64,000 nucleotides of DNA from the human T2T-CHM13v2.0 reference genome, Homo sapiens. Shown in pieces: positions 42,920-62,608 of this stretch. The stretch's first letter is position 1; the number at the start of each line of letters is the position of its first letter. The position numbers were made by a program, and so were the translations under genes. Where the stretch lies: assembly GCF_009914755.1 (NCBI RefSeq), contig NC_060925.1; one strand, given 5' to 3'. The notes beneath the pieces were generated by a model. That model was not told the DNA's origin, did not search any database, and saw only the letters and a list, made by a program, of their open reading frames with translations.

Positions 42920-43940
42920 TCATCCCTCAACAAAATACTAGCAAATCATATTCAACAGTTCAGTAAAAGGATCATTCACCATGATCAAGTGGGATTTATC
43001 CCTGGGATGTAAGGCTGATTCAATATACATGCATTAATAAATGTGATTCACCATATTAAGAGAATCAAAGACTAAAAGAATGAAGGATCATCCCAAAGAT
43101 ACTTTAAAAAGCATTTGACAAAATTCAATATCCTTTCATGACAAAAACGCTCAACAAAAAAGGTATAGAAGGAACATTCCTCAACACAATAAAGGTCATA
43201 TATAATAAGTCCATAGCTAACACCATACTCAATGGTGAAAAGTTAAAGGCTTTTCCTCTTAAGACCAGGAACAAGACAATGATACCCACTGTCACCATTT
43301 CTATTCAACATAGTACTGGATGGCCTAGCCAAAGCAATTAGGCAAGAGAAGGAACTAGAGATGCTCTTCGACTTATGATGGGGTTACGTCCCAATAAACC
43401 CATCATAAACTGAAACTACCATAAGTCAAAAATGCACTTAATGTACTTAACCTACTGAACATAACAGCTCAGCCTAACCTACCTTAAACACGTTCAGAAC
43501 ACTTACACATTAAGCCACACATGAGCAAAAGCATCTATTTTATAATAAAGTGTTAAATATCTCATGTAATTTATTGAATACTATATTGAAGGTGAAAAAC
43601 AGAATGGTTGTATAGGTACTTGAAGTACTGTTGCTACTGAATATGTGTTGCTTTTGTACCATCAGAAAGCCAAAAAATTGTAAGCCAAAACATTCTCTAA
43701 GTCAGGTACTATCTACAAAAGGCGTCCAAATAGGAAGCAATGAAGTGAAATTGTCTCTGCTGACATGCTCTTATATAGACCAAATCCTAAAGACTTCAAC
43801 AAAAACAGAACAGTATTCAGTAAAGTTGTAAACAAATTCAGTAACGTTGCGGGATACAAGATTAACCTATAAAAATCAGTAGCATTTCTATACACTAACA
43901 ACAAACTATCTAAAAAAGCTATTAAGAAAACAATTCGTTT
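42920..43940 (+). mobile_element. L1 ORF2 fragment (reverse transcriptase region)
   Basis: ORF 43138-43341 ([20 protein letters not shown]...[12 protein letters not shown]) is L1 ORF2-like; decayed. Confidence 0.9.
43358..43715 (+). mobile_element. MER47-like Tigger DNA transposon nested in L1
   Basis: agatgctcttcgacttatgatggggttacgtccc...taagtcaggtactatct. Confidence 0.8.
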
Positions 43941-43944
43941 TTTC

Positions 43945-48715
<4,771 letters not shown>

Positions 48716-50881
48716 AAAGGAATACTCAATGGTGACTAATAAGAAAGGTGACAGCTTTGGTATGAGGCACTGTACTCCCACATAGCTTCAACTATTACAA
48801 AACAGTAAATTAAACAAACAAAAAAAAAGCTTTTAATTATTTTTTCATGAATACTTCAGTTTCAATAGAGAGAGTAAAGGCACTCTCTTCACATACTCTG
48901 ACATTCACTCAATAGCATGGTACATATTTTTATTTATAGGTGCACTGATTCTATATTCTTAATAGGCAAAAAGTAGTCTGATCGGTAAAGCCAATAGATC
49001 CAGGCATCCCAAAATGTATTTGGATAATTTATTACAGCAGCCATCAACCGAAATTCTGGACAAAGAAAGTATCGATGAATCTAATCTGGTGGCACCAGTT
49101 AGCTCAAGAAAGGTCCTTTCTGGAGTTCCCTAATCATACCCATTTGAGTTCCACTTCCTGTTTGGCAGTGTGATACCCCTATAGACCAACCTTCTGCTGA
49201 TAACTATAAAGTATTATGGTGAGAAAAAAAATAGCTTTCTGAGCATTCCAAAGGGTAAATACAATAGGCAGGTTGGGAAGGTAAGTCAAAACTTGGGAAT
49301 AATGTGGGTGAATTTCCTGTTTTGCTGCAGCTTTGCCCCAAGATTAGGCAATAGATGTGGAGTGCAGACAGCTAAAGCTGTTCTTCCGTCAGGAGGAACT
49401 AGGGCAAAGACCCAAGGTAAACACAGCCAGCCACCAGAGAGAAAAGGCAATCCTGTAAGAGAGAAAGTTGAAAGACATAATACATAATCCTGTGTATAAC
49501 ACAGCACAAATGTGCCAGGCTGAGGCCTGAACCATGCATATACAGATCTGCATCAAAGTAGAGGCTTAAGGATCAAATTGAAATTGGAACCACTACTCAC
49601 AAAAGGTGAAAGAGAAAGCTTACAGTGTAACACAGTTAAGCCAGCTAAAGTACAGATATCAATATTCTATAGATTATTATAGAACCCAGAGTCTATAAAA
49701 ACATAATATTCACAATGTCTAGGACACAATCCAAAATTACCTGGCACACAAGTAACAGAAAATACAGCCCATTCTTGGCAGAAAGGGAAATCTACAGATG
49801 CCCACTCCAAAAAAGACTGAGTTGCTGGAATTATGAGACAAGGATTTTAAAACAGCTATTATAATTATTTATGCTCAATGAAATAAAGTTAAAAAAAACT
49901 TGAATGGAAATATAATAAAGGAAATCTCAAGAGAAAAATAAAAAAATCAAAATTTTAGAATGGAAAAATATCCAAAAGAAAAATATATCAATGGATGGCC
50001 TTAATATTGAAATGGAAATGAATAAGTAAAGAATCAGTAAACTTAAAGGCGGATCAGTAACCAATCTGAAGAATCAAAAGCTTATGAAAAAAAGAACAGA
50101 GCCTCAGAAAGCTGTGGGACAATCTCAAAAGGTCTAATGTATATCTGTGATTTCTGGAAGAATAAAGAGAGAAAAGGGCAGAAAAAAATAGAAGAAATAA
50201 TGACTAAAATCTTTGAAAATTTAGTAAAAGACAAATTTAACAAATTCAATTAGCTCAGTAAACCCCAATAAAAATAAATGGAAGGAAAAACCACACTTAG
50301 ATACATCATAATCAAATTCTTGAAAATAAAGATAGAAAAAAGCTAGAGAAAAACTACATATCACATGCAGGTAAACATCGACTAGGAAATGACTGTGGAT
50401 TTCTCATCAGAAATGATGGAGGTCATAAGACAGTGAACATCTTTAAAGTGCTAAAATAAAACAGAATTATCAATCCAGACTGTATATCTAATAAAAAATA
50501 CTCTTCAAAAATGAAGGCAGGCTGGGCGTGGTGGCTCACACACCTAGCACTTTGGGAGGTTGAGATGGGAGGATCACTTGAGGCCAAGAGTTTGAGACCA
50601 GCCTGGTCAACATAGTGAGACACCCATCTCTAAGGGGGAAAAAATTTATATAACATATCATATACATATATATGTGAAACAGAAAATTTTTTAAAAATGA
50701 AGGCAAAATAAATACATTTTCAGGGAAAGAAAAACTAAGTGAATTTGTTGCTAGGAGACCTGCACTATAAGAAAGTTCTTTAGGCAGGGGGAAATTATAG
50801 CAAAGAAAAAACCTGGACCTTCTGAAACAAATGAAAGCACCAGAAATGGTAGACACTGGCTAAATATAAAAGACTACTGTT

Positions 50882-51205
<324 letters not shown>

Positions 51206-51892
51206 TCACATAAATTATTTAAGGCAAAAGTTATAACACTGTCTTATGAACATCTACAGATGTAACACATATTACAACTATGGGGTATAGCGAGGGAAAG
51301 AACAAAGAGGATCTACATGGTTGGAAGATTTTTACATTTACATGAAGTGATACACTAATAACTGAGTAGACTGCAAAAGGTTAAGGATGTACACTGAAAT
51401 TCCTAGATATAAATAAATAAATAGGAATAGCTAAAAAGCCAACAGATCAATAAAAATGAGATACTAAAATATATCCAAAATAATCTAAAAGAAGGCAGGA
51501 AAAGGGAAAAGAGATGAAACTAAAAACAGAGGTCAAACAGAAAACAAAACATAAAGCCAAATCAGTCATATTAATGATTTCATTAAATGTTAAGTAAATG
51601 CTCCATGAAAAGGCAAAGACTTTCAGAGAGGCTAAAAAAGCAAGACTGATAAATGCTGTCTGCAAGAGCCACACCTTCAAATATATAGATCTGGGGTGGA
51701 GGGGAGGAGAGGAACAGGAAAACTGTCTCTATTTGCAGATGACACAATTACTTATGACAAATCGCAAGAGGCATCTTCAAATAACTATTAGAACAAGATA
51801 ATAAAATACAAAGTTAATATACAAAAATTAATTATATTTTTATATACTAGCTACAAGCAATTGGAAAATGGATTTAAAAATACTCTGCAATG

Positions 51893-52287
<395 letters not shown>

Positions 52288-53709
52288 TTAGACCTAATGA
52301 ATGGAGAAATACAACATTTTTATGGATTAGAATATTCAATATTGCTAGGATGTCAATTTTCTCCAGATCACTGCTTACCTGGGGACAAGAGTTGAGTGAA
52401 TTTCTGGGGATGATGAAAATGTTAATGTGCCACTGTTGATAATTGCACAGTTGTATAGATCCCAAAACTCCTCAACTTATAAACTTTAAATACGCAGTTA
52501 ACTGTACAACTATCCCTCAATAGTGTTGTAAAAAAACAAAAACCTACCCATTCATCACAATGATCTCTTATGAAACTTTTCATGATCTCCATCTCTAACC
52601 AGACAGGATTTCCACCATTTTTAACCCCCAGGAAATTCTACTTAGACATATATATTGGAGACAACATGCAGTGCTCCCACATAATGTACACTCAGTAGTT
52701 TTCCCAATTGAAATAAATATTTATTCAGTTCTACAGCTAAGAGTAGGCATGTAGATTGCAATTCTTCCTGTGCTCACTTACACCCTTTCCTTTAACTAAA
52801 TCCTCACTCTTTCTCAGACTCCACCTCAGAGAGGGAAGGCACACAGTGAGGGAATCACTTAATCAACAAAACCACTCTGGTATTATAATTGAGAAACTGA
52901 ATTACAAATAACAGCATGACAACAATTTCAGATACATGTCCAGATGGAGAGTATCCCACCTAGAAAAATGTTCTGTTTTCTATTTATCCATCTATCCTCC
53001 AGTTCTTTTACTGATTATACTTGTAATCACCTTCAGGTGATTGTAAACAACTTCAGGAAAAAGTAATGTGTATTTCTTCCATCTCTGTTCCAAAAAAAGC
53101 TGGATAATTGTAGATAATGTGTTGATTTTTCCGCAAGGGCCAATATGTTTAGGATAGTGAGTTGACAGATCTGGCCTCTTCTCCCTTATGTAACTTTTAT
53201 AACAATGCATTATAAGATTTTAGGCAAAACTATCCACAGCAATTTCCTCCTAACTGATCTTTTGCCCTTGTTCCCTTACCACTTATATTCTACACAACAG
53301 CTAGAGTGACCGTGTTAAAATTTAAGTCACATCATGTCACTACTCTATTCATATCCCTCCAATGGCTTTCCACCTCCCTCAGAATAAAGATTGTCTTTAA
53401 AATGGCTTACAAAGCCCTGCACAATTTGCCTCCTGCTCCCACCCCTTACTTCTCAAATGTGAAGTCCTATCACTACTCCTCCCTCCTCAAACACTGTCCA
53501 GCCACAGTAGCCTCCTTGTTGTTTCTCACCATGCCAAATATATCTCTACCTCAGAGCCCTTGCACTTGCAGGACAGCAGATTCCCAGGCCTGTACAGCTG
53601 ACAATCCACTTACATTTATATAAAGAAACTACAGCCAGAAAAATTAATACATATTCTAAGTTATAACATACAACTTTAAAACTAGGTCTCCAAACTTCCA
53701 GGTTAGTTC

Positions 53710-54140
53710 AGGAGTCCTCTCTTTTCCACAGTTTCACTTTCTGCAGTTTCAGTTTCCTGTGATCAACTATGGTCTAAAAATTTTAAAGAAAAAAATTCCC
53801 AAAATAACCAATTCATGTTTTAAATTGCATGTTATTCTGAGCAGGGTGATAAAATCTTGTGTCACCCCACTCTGTCCCACCTGGGACATGAATCATCCCT
53901 TGTCCATCATATCCACTTTGTATACACTACCAGCAGCCCTCTTGGTTATCAGATTGACTGTCGTGGTATCGCTTTATTATTATTGTTGTTAACCTCTTAC
54001 TGTGCCTAATTTATAAATTAAACTTTATCATAGGTATGCCTGTTTAGGAAAAAAACATGGTATATATAGGGTTCAGTACTATCTGGTTTCAGGCAGCCAC
54101 TGGGGGTCTTGGAACGTATACCCCTCAGGGAGGTCTACTG
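53710..54140 (+). mobile_element. MER44-like Tigger DNA transposon
   Basis: cagtttcactttctgcagtttcagtt...gggggtcttggaacgtata...ctactg|ta. Confidence 0.8.
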
Positions 54141-54304
54141 TACCATTTCCCATAAATCTTGTACCAAATAAAAATGATACCCTCATGACTTTATAACATA
54201 ACTTGGCTTTGCGCTTACTATGTAAAAACATGGAAAAATAGTAACCTAAACAGAAACTTTAGGTCTTTAAATGATGCTAAAACACAAAGCAATCTAAAGT
54301 TTTG

Positions 54305-54572
54305 GGTGCCCAGCATGGGGGCTTATGCCTATAATCCTAGCACTTTGAGAGGCCAAGGCAGGAGGTCTCAGCCAGGTGTTTGACACAAAGAAAGACCTGT
54401 CTCTACAAAAATAAGAAAAACTAGCTGGGCATGTACCTATAGTCCCAGCTAATCAGGAAGCTAAACAGTTGAGGATAGCTTGAGCCCAGGAGGTCGAGAC
54501 TGCAGTGAGCCATGGTCACAACACTGCATTGCAGCCTGGGCAACAGGCTGAGACTTTGTCTCCAACAAATAA
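54305..54572 (+). mobile_element. Degraded AluJ
   Basis: ttgagcccaggaggtcgagactgcagtgagc. Confidence 0.88.
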
Positions 54573-55139
54573 AGTTTTGGAGTTTTCTTTTTAGAATTTC
54601 CATTTTCTACCACTGGCAACACCCCTATCCTCACTCCTAGCAGCTTTAAATGTTCAGACAGTTTACATTTCTAACAAGTGCATTATTTCCTAATTATAAC
54701 TCTTTCAAAGTACCTTACCTGGGCTAAGCATACAACAGAAACACAGTAAATATCTGAAATCACTACCCATATGCAATAGTCACAGAGTTCCAACTTCTTC
54801 CATAAAAGTGTTGAATGCGTCACTTATATTTTTTAACTCTGAATATGGAACTTAGGCACACTAAGCAGTGACCAGGAAGAGACTATTTCAATTACACGAA
54901 ACAATACACTCAAAAACATACACCGTGAGTCTACTAATTTAAGAGGAACAGTTGTGCACATACACACTTGAAAAGAGACAAAGTATGTTTTTAAAGGATT
55001 TCTTGGGCTAGGAATTGAAAATCCAGGAGGCTGCAAAGGGAAAAACAAAAACAAAGGGTCTGAAAACACACTCCACCAATAGAAAAAAAGTAAAGACATG
55101 GCAAAAACCATCCAAACCCTCCCATATCCCACCTACACT

Positions 55140-55935
55140 CTGAAGGTTGCTTACTACAAATAACAGCAACTTTCTCCTCGAGGGCTTTTTTTCTGATTGG
55201 GAAGCATGCTTTGGCTTCATGCAGGGCAAGCCAAAGGTGCTGAAAAGCTAAAGCCCCTAGAAGCATCACTCAATTAATGAGAAGGAAGAACCGATGGATA
55301 AACATCCCACTCGTTGGCCTGCAGTTCTAAACTGCCTCCCGGAGTCCCCAATGAGATCGAGCTCTAGGTGCTAACAGTTTTAACTGACTGGGTGATTTAC
55401 CCTTATTGGCTTCATTCCCTTGTCCTATCTCCTTGCCCTACTTTGCAAGGATCATCCCTCAAACTACCTGTGCTCAATTTCTTGTCTGCTTCTGAGGAAA
55501 CCCAAACCATGGCAGACATCTTTTCCTTTTCTCAAAAGGAAAGTCTCCTAGGATAGATACAAAATCTTTCTTTAATGCAATAGTTCTCAAATTTTTAGTC
55601 TCAGGACAATAATCATTAATTCATTTAAAACCAACAAGAATAAACATACATGTTAACATAATATTATTTTGCATAAAACATTCTCCAAAACAAAAATATT
55701 TAGAAGAATGGCATTAATTTACGTATTTTTAATTGCTTTAATGCTTGCCATTATAGAAGACACATCTGCCTCAGCATTCAATCTATGGCAAAATCACATG
55801 TCATGTAGTCTCTAGAAAAGGTGTGAGTGAGCGATAATGAATGAAAAAAGCAAAGAACATCTGAGTTTTATTATGAACACAGTTCTGACCTCATGTGCTC
55901 CCTGAAACAGCCTCACACACAGAGAACTACTGAGA
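55140..55935 (+). mobile_element. LTR16-like fragment (~55140-55510) and hAT (Arthur1-like) fragment (~55578-55932)
   Basis: gtctgcttctgaggaaacccaaac; caatagttctcaaatttttagtctcaggac...gagaactactg; tentative. Confidence 0.5.
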
Positions 55936-56104
55936 CAGCATCATAAGTTTCTATAAGCAAAGAATAACATTAGAAAATAGCCAAGACAAAAGATTTAAGT
56001 TAAAAAGGGGGTTGGGGGGATCAAAGAATGAATAGACAAGAATATGATTTCTTGATTATCAAGATGATAAAAGTAACTTGGAGCACTCACTGTTTTGAGG
56101 CATT

Positions 56105-56356
56105 TCTTTCTTTTATTGAGAAAGGGTCTTGCTCTGTTGCTCAGGCTGGAGTATAGTGGCACAATCATGGCTCACTGCAACCTCAAACTCCTGGGCTCAC
56201 GCAATCCTCTGGCCTCAGCCTCCCCAGTAGCTGGGACTAGAGGCAGGTGCCACCACACCCACTATTTTTTTTTTCTTTTGGTAGAGATGGAGAGGTGGGT
56301 CTTATCTTGCTGCCCAGGACTCTCAAAGTACTGCGATTACAGGCATGATCCACTGC
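56105..56356 (-). mobile_element. Degraded AluJ
   Basis: Antisense Alu with deletions. Confidence 0.88.
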
Positions 56357-56475
56357 TAAAAAACTACCTAAGATATATGTTCCCTCTTCTACTCCTTGAC
56401 ACTAGTTTCCTTGGAATAGTTTAATTGCTTGCAAGCCCAAATTAAAAAGCAAAATGCAAAAAGGTCAGGAAACTG

Positions 56476-56609
56476 GCCAAACACAGGTGGCTCACACCTT
56501 AATCCCAGTACTTTGGGGGGCCAAGGCAAGAGAACTGCTTGAGCCCAGGAGTTTGAGACCAGCCTGGGAAATGTAGCAAGACCCTGTCTCTATTAAAAAA
56601 AAAAAAAAA
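56476..56609 (+). mobile_element. FLAM / Alu monomer
   Basis: Monomer with poly(A) running into purine repeats. Confidence 0.88.
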
Positions 56610-56615
56610 GAAGAA

Positions 56616-56753
56616 GGGGGAGGGGGAGGGGGAGGGGGAGGGGGAGGGGGAGGGGGAGGGGGAGGGGGAGGGGGAGGGGGAGGGGGAGGAGAAGAAGAAG
56701 AAGAAGAAGAAGAAGAAGAAGAAGAAGAAGAAGAAGAAGAAGAAGAAGAAGAA
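56616..56753 (+). repeat. (GGGGGA)12 GGA (GAA)21 compound repeat
   Basis: Counted directly: 56616-56687 and 56691-56753. Confidence 0.97.
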
Positions 56754-59096
56754 ATAAAAAGTTGAAAAATAAGGAATTACTGTCTTTCTTGGATTCCATG
56801 CTCAGTCAACCATACTGACCTGTCTTGCGCTTTGAGGGCATTCCTTTTTACAACCAGTTTTTCACCTTCCAAATCCCACTAATCTGCCCTATTTCAGTTC
56901 ATCCATCAGGCCTCCAATTAACGTCACTTCTTCAAGAAAACCTTCCCTGATTATTAGATTGTTATGCCTCTCTGCTACATGGCCCCACAGTTCTCAAAAA
57001 CCCTTATCTTTCTGTGACCACATAATTTATCATCCACAAGCTATTTGGAGAATGAATGCAGAACTAGTAGTTATGCTGAGACAATAAGCAACACCAGGAA
57101 TGTACATTCATCCTACCTTATCAGTTTATCTTCCCTGCTTGAGTGAGGAGAGGGTATGACTGTCTTGTTTACCAACTGTTCCCTCAACACTTAGTGCTTA
57201 GAATACAAAAGGTGTGGTCTGATAAGCATGAATTTTTATAATGCAAATTAACTTCAAAAAGGAAAATCTTATCCAGACAAAATTAACTACTGTGTTCCCA
57301 CTCAAATCCTAATACTTTTCTACCCAATACCTTTAATAAAGACCTCTTATCTTGTGTTTACTCCTACCTTTCTCACTCTAAATTCCCTCCCCTCAATCAG
57401 AACATAAACTTCATGAGGACAGGAAGTAGGTTTTGTGTTTTGTTCATTGCTGTTTCCTCAGGATCTAGAACAATACCTTTTAATGATAGACACTTAACCC
57501 TCATTTATTAGACATATACCCTGAATGGTATTCTCTCTACTTTGCTCTGCCTATCACCACCTGAAAGCTAAGCCACATAACCTATGAAGCCTTCTCAGAC
57601 AGTACTAGTAAGAAATAATCTCTCCTTCCTCTGCACACAATAGTTTATCTTTCTTAAAATACCTTCTATACTTTACCCTTGTCCTAAAATTATGTGTCTT
57701 ACGTCTTATTCTTCTTGGTATGCACCACAGTACCCTAGTACAATGCCTGGCACACAGTATCTACAGAATAAAGATCTGTCAAACTGATAAAATGACACTA
57801 CATATAATTACAGGTATATACAGCATTCAGAAAGCATGCTAGTTTTCCAGAGAACCTCATTTATGTATATATCCCTAGCTCAGGCCATTACTATTGCAAC
57901 ACCATCTGTATCTACTCAGCATCTTCCTCTTGCAATGCGTTATGTGAAGACTATGTACCTTAACTGTTTTGATTCACTTCTCACCACTATGGGCTGTCAA
58001 ATCAAAGTAAAAGTCCTGATCTCATAACTTTAGTTTATCTAACCAAATCTGTCCACCCCTTATCTAAATATCCACACTCCAGCCTAAGTTCTTCACAATA
58101 ATTTAAACGGTCTTCAATTATGCCCACCTGTACTTCTTACCTACTAGTCAATCATGCATGCTGTGTCTCCAAGTGGAACATCCTTTAGCATTTTCTACGC
58201 AAAAACAGCTCCACTTTCGCACCAAAATTACTAGTCTCAAAGTCTCATTCCTCTTCCTTAGAGGCCTTCCCAGACAGCATTATGTATTCTGAATCACTTC
58301 AGTTGGTCTACCAAATTCATTACTTAATATTTGCTCTGTCATTTATAATCACATTTATGTTACTTAATTATATATGTTTGAATTAATGGAGGGAATTCTG
58401 CTTTAAATCAAGGATGATGAGCTCACAACAGAATATGCATCTGTAAAAAGAATTTTGATTCAGTGTTGTAGTCTTCAGCATAACAAATACCAGTGGAAGA
58501 ATAATGTAGTTGTAGACAGCACAAACTGTGAAGGCAAGACTATCTGAGTTCAAATTCTGGCTTTGGTATTTTTTAGTACCTTGGATAACTCACTTAACAT
58601 CCATGTTCATCAGCTTCATCAGAGTTATTTTAAAAATTACATGAGTTAATACACATAAAATCCTTTAAAAAGCATTTGACACATAAATTCAGCATAATCT
58701 TCTATTGTTTTGACTTTTAGCCTCTTACTTATAGCTGAGAATACTGAAGTGCAAAGAATTTAACAACTTGCCAAAAGTCACAGGAACTAGTAAGTTGTGA
58801 AGTCAGAAAAGAAATATGAGATTCCTACTAGAGTCTGTCCATTTTATTCAGTATCTTTTCAATAAACTGAAATTTTATTCAATTTGTTTAAGGTCTTCAG
58901 GACCATTATATGATTAAAAAATGATAAGATGAAATAAATTTTTAAAAGGAAAAGGAGATTTATAAACTAACTCATGGATTAAGAAAAGAAGAAATATAAT
59001 AATAACAGAACAGAGAGCACACACAGGCTTATGCTCATGTAAATGGAGGGACAGGTAAGTATTCCAGAGAACTGGGTTAAGCATATTAGGATGGAG

Positions 59097-59335
59097 CCAG
59101 CCTGGCCAACATGATGAAACCCCATCTCTACTAAAAATACAAAAATTAGTTGGGCGTGGTGGTGAACGCCTGTAATCCTAGCTACTCGGAGGGGCTAAGG
59201 CAGAAGAATCACTTGAACCCAGGAGGCAGAGGTTGCAGTGAGCCAAGATTGCACCACTGCACTCCAGCCTGGGTGTCTTTTGAGACTCTGTCTCAAAAGA
59301 AAAAATAAATAAATAAAAATAAGAAAGAAAAAATA
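59097..59335 (+). mobile_element. 5'-truncated AluS
   Basis: TSD atattaggatggag at 59083 and 59336. Confidence 0.92.
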
Positions 59336-59447
59336 ATATTAGGATGGAGGTAACTGTCAAGCTTTATCTTCCGTTTAAGACATAAAGATGCTCTTGCTTG
59401 CATTTTTTAAAATCACTTCTCTTTAGCAGTTTAGAAGTCTTTTTTCA

Positions 59448-59733
59448 GCTGGGCCCAGTGGCTCACATCTATAATCCCAGCACTTTGGGAGGCTGAAGTG
59501 GGTGGACTGCTTGAGCCCAGGAGTTTGAGACCAGCCTCGGCAACATGGCAAGACCCCATCTCTACAAAAAATTTTAAAATTAGCTGGGCGTGGTGGTAGT
59601 CCCAGCTACTCAGGAGGCTGAGGCAGGAGGATCAACCTGGGCCCGGGAGGTAGAGGCTGCAGTAAGCCAGCAGCACCACTGCACTCTAGCCTGGGTGACA
59701 GAGTGAAATCCAGACTCCCCTCAAAAAAAAAAA
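59448..59733 (+). mobile_element. AluJ
   Basis: gcttgagcccaggagtttgagacc; aggctgcagt. Confidence 0.9.
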
Positions 59734-60971
59734 AGGAAAGAAAGCCTTCTCTGTTCCATCAAAAGCTCATCACTTCAAAATTAAAAATGTGTGAAATAAT
59801 TTTTATTTTTTTCACACAGAATTTCAATGTTTACATGTGGACAAAGGAATCACAAATTTCAGAAATTTAATACGGAACTTAGAGGGGTATCAATTTATTT
59901 ACCATCTACATTTAACTTTTATCCTTTAAATGTCTGAAGGTCATGTTCAGGACCATCACTATTTGCCCTAGGCATTTTCTTAGATAAAACCCAATGGTTA
60001 CTTAAAATATAAACTCTGTCCTAACAAAAATACTATATATTATATAACCTCTCACTTCCCACTCTAAAAAAAACTCTAAAGGAAAAATACAGGTAATTCA
60101 GTTTATCAGGGCAGGAAATTATGTTTCATAAGAACACTATATTTTAGTATATTTGTTAAATAATATCTGTCCCCCTAATTATATGCCCTTTGCTTACAGC
60201 TAATCTCTTTGTATGCTCCTACAGGGGCAACCAATATCCAGCTTAGGCCAAAATGAATATCAGTATTAGTAATCGAAAGGCCCTGGTATGTTTATGAATA
60301 CTTTGTGAAAATATACCACAAAAGTAAATTTCTGAATATTTTACATTTTAAACTTAAAGTGATGATCAAAAAGCAGTAGAAAATGAATACAGAAAATATA
60401 TGTCCAAAATGTACATTCAATAACACATGTTTTTGTAACCTGAATCCTGTATTTCTTTAGGCCTCCACTATAAAACTGCCAATACAGTCTCAGAAAAAAA
60501 AGGAAGACTCTCAAAAATAGGGAGGGATTGCTTTAATAAAACAAGGTAACAAGAATAAAAGGCAAGCTTAATATCCAAAAGACACGGACAGTTGTTCGCC
60601 CAATTCCAACTTCCAAAAATAACTGAAATTCCAGGAACTTCAGAAGAAAAAAGCAAATAGAGAAGAACGCAATTCTTCAGCTCTTCAATCTTTTCCAAAT
60701 TGTTTAACGATGCTATGTGTTTTTTAAAATGTGAATTTTTCTCCCCTTCCTTCAAATTCTGGCAACAGATGCTAAATGTTTTATACTCCACACATTCATA
60801 TAATGTCCATGCATTAAGCCTACTTTAAAAGGCAAAGGCTAGGTATAAGCTGAGAGGAGTGCTTAAAAAAAAAAAAAAGGCAAAGGCAAGAGAGCAGAAA
60901 CTGATGTTCGTTCCTTCTCAAATGATAACATACTGAGCTTATCAACATCTCTTGTAAAATTGTCTAGCTCT

Positions 60972-61262
60972 GGCCGGGCACGGCGGGTCACGCCTGTAGT
61001 ACCAGCACTTTGAGAGGCCAAGGTGGGTGGATCACCTGAGGTCAGGAGTTCGAAACAAGCCTGGCCAACATGGCAAAACCCTGTCTCTACTAAAAATATA
61101 AAAATTAGCCGGGCACAGTGGGTGCCTGTAATCCCAGCTACTTGGGAGGCTGAGTCAGGAGAATGGCTTGAACACAGGAGGTGGGGTTGCAGTGAGCTGA
61201 GACCATGCCATTGCACTCTAGCCTGGGTGACAGAGCGAGACTCCATCTCAAAAAAAAAAAAA
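60972..61262 (+). mobile_element. AluS
   Basis: TSD ttgtctagctct on both sides. Confidence 0.95.
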
Positions 61263-62524
61263 TTTTGTCTAGCTCTGTTACCAGAAGACCATGTCACCAA
61301 TACTAAACTTTAACTTCTTAAACTCTGGTTTGTGTAAAGTCAAAAGTTGTTCTGGCCTAAGAATTCATTTTATATATCTTGATAACTGGCTTACTGAATT
61401 CCCTCTGCTGAATCCAATAAATCTTCCTTACTAAATCTCATTGCTGCTGTACCTCATGAACTCATGTGATCCCAACCTAATCCCAGTTTGAGATCTTTAT
61501 CTTTGAGGCGCAAAAGTTTTAACCCTTTACTGGGAATGGGCACAGAACAAATTTATTTGACAAGCATTTACTCCATTTCTTCCATCTTATCCTATTCTCT
61601 TTGCCCTGATTCATGCTGCAAACATTTACTAGTATCTATTATAAGCTGTGAAAAATGGTAACACTGGAGATACAAATGAAAGGTATTTTCTCTGCCCTTA
61701 AGGGGCACATATTCCAGTAGAGGAGACAAATATAAAAACAAATAATTTCTACAAAGTGTAAGAAATTCCATAAAAGAGTTTTATAAAAATTCTACAAGAA
61801 CAAAAATGGAAGAGAGTAAGCGAAGCTTCACAAAGCAGTTAACATTAGAAATGGGTCTTGAAGAACAGTAAGGTAGGATGGATATGTGTTTGTATGTTTT
61901 AGTTGAGATGCTGGAAATGCAGAAAGGATAAGGAAAGCTGACGGCAGTCAAAGTGCTGACTAAAAATATGTTAAAATAGACAACTTAGGATATTAACTAT
62001 AGTTCCTTTTTACTTTCACTCTTGCAAATTAATTTTAACCATTAATTCACAAGTAAGAATTATCTTACAAGCAATACACATGCACCCAACTTAGAAATGT
62101 TGTGTACAAAGTGACTATTAAATGGACAGAACCAGGAAAAGGTATTTTGAGGACAATGGGGAAAATTCAATGCAACCAAACTGATCCTCTATAATAGAAG
62201 GGAATAGTTGTGTTACATAAAACTATTCCTAAATGTTGTAGAGAAAAGAATACCAAATTAAAACTCAAGAGAGCTGGATTCAAGTCTCAAACGACACCTG
62301 CGCCCTAATTATGACAAAACCTTTTACTTAATTCCTAAACTGTCCCTCAGAGTTAAGATCAAATAAAATGAGTCTGAAAAGTGTTCTGAAAAATGTAAAA
62401 TGCTACACAAATAAAATCTTACCATCATTATAGTTACATGTGCTAGACTGGAAAAGAACTTTCAAAATCTGTATTTCAGACATATTCAATGCATTACACT
62501 AAATTTATGATAAAGAGCCTTTAC

Positions 62525-62608
62525 CCGTTCTACAGATCGTGCCCTCTTCTTTGGCCGAGTAGGCAGCGCATCTTCCTTCGGATTGGTGTCTATTGCCCAG
62601 TAGGACCC
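62525..62608 (-). CDS. FOXJ3: FOXJ3 coding exon (end of forkhead domain plus basic NLS-like segment), [28 protein letters not shown]
   Basis: Minus strand reads ctctag|GGGTCCTACTGG...GAACGG|gtaa; 84 nt, phase 0-0. GSYW is the forkhead C-terminal wing motif. Not in the ORF track. Confidence 0.96.

Noticed and set aside
56593-56799. Poly-Leu/(LP)n 68 aa ORF
   Set aside because: Translation of the TTC/TCCCCC repeat inside an intron
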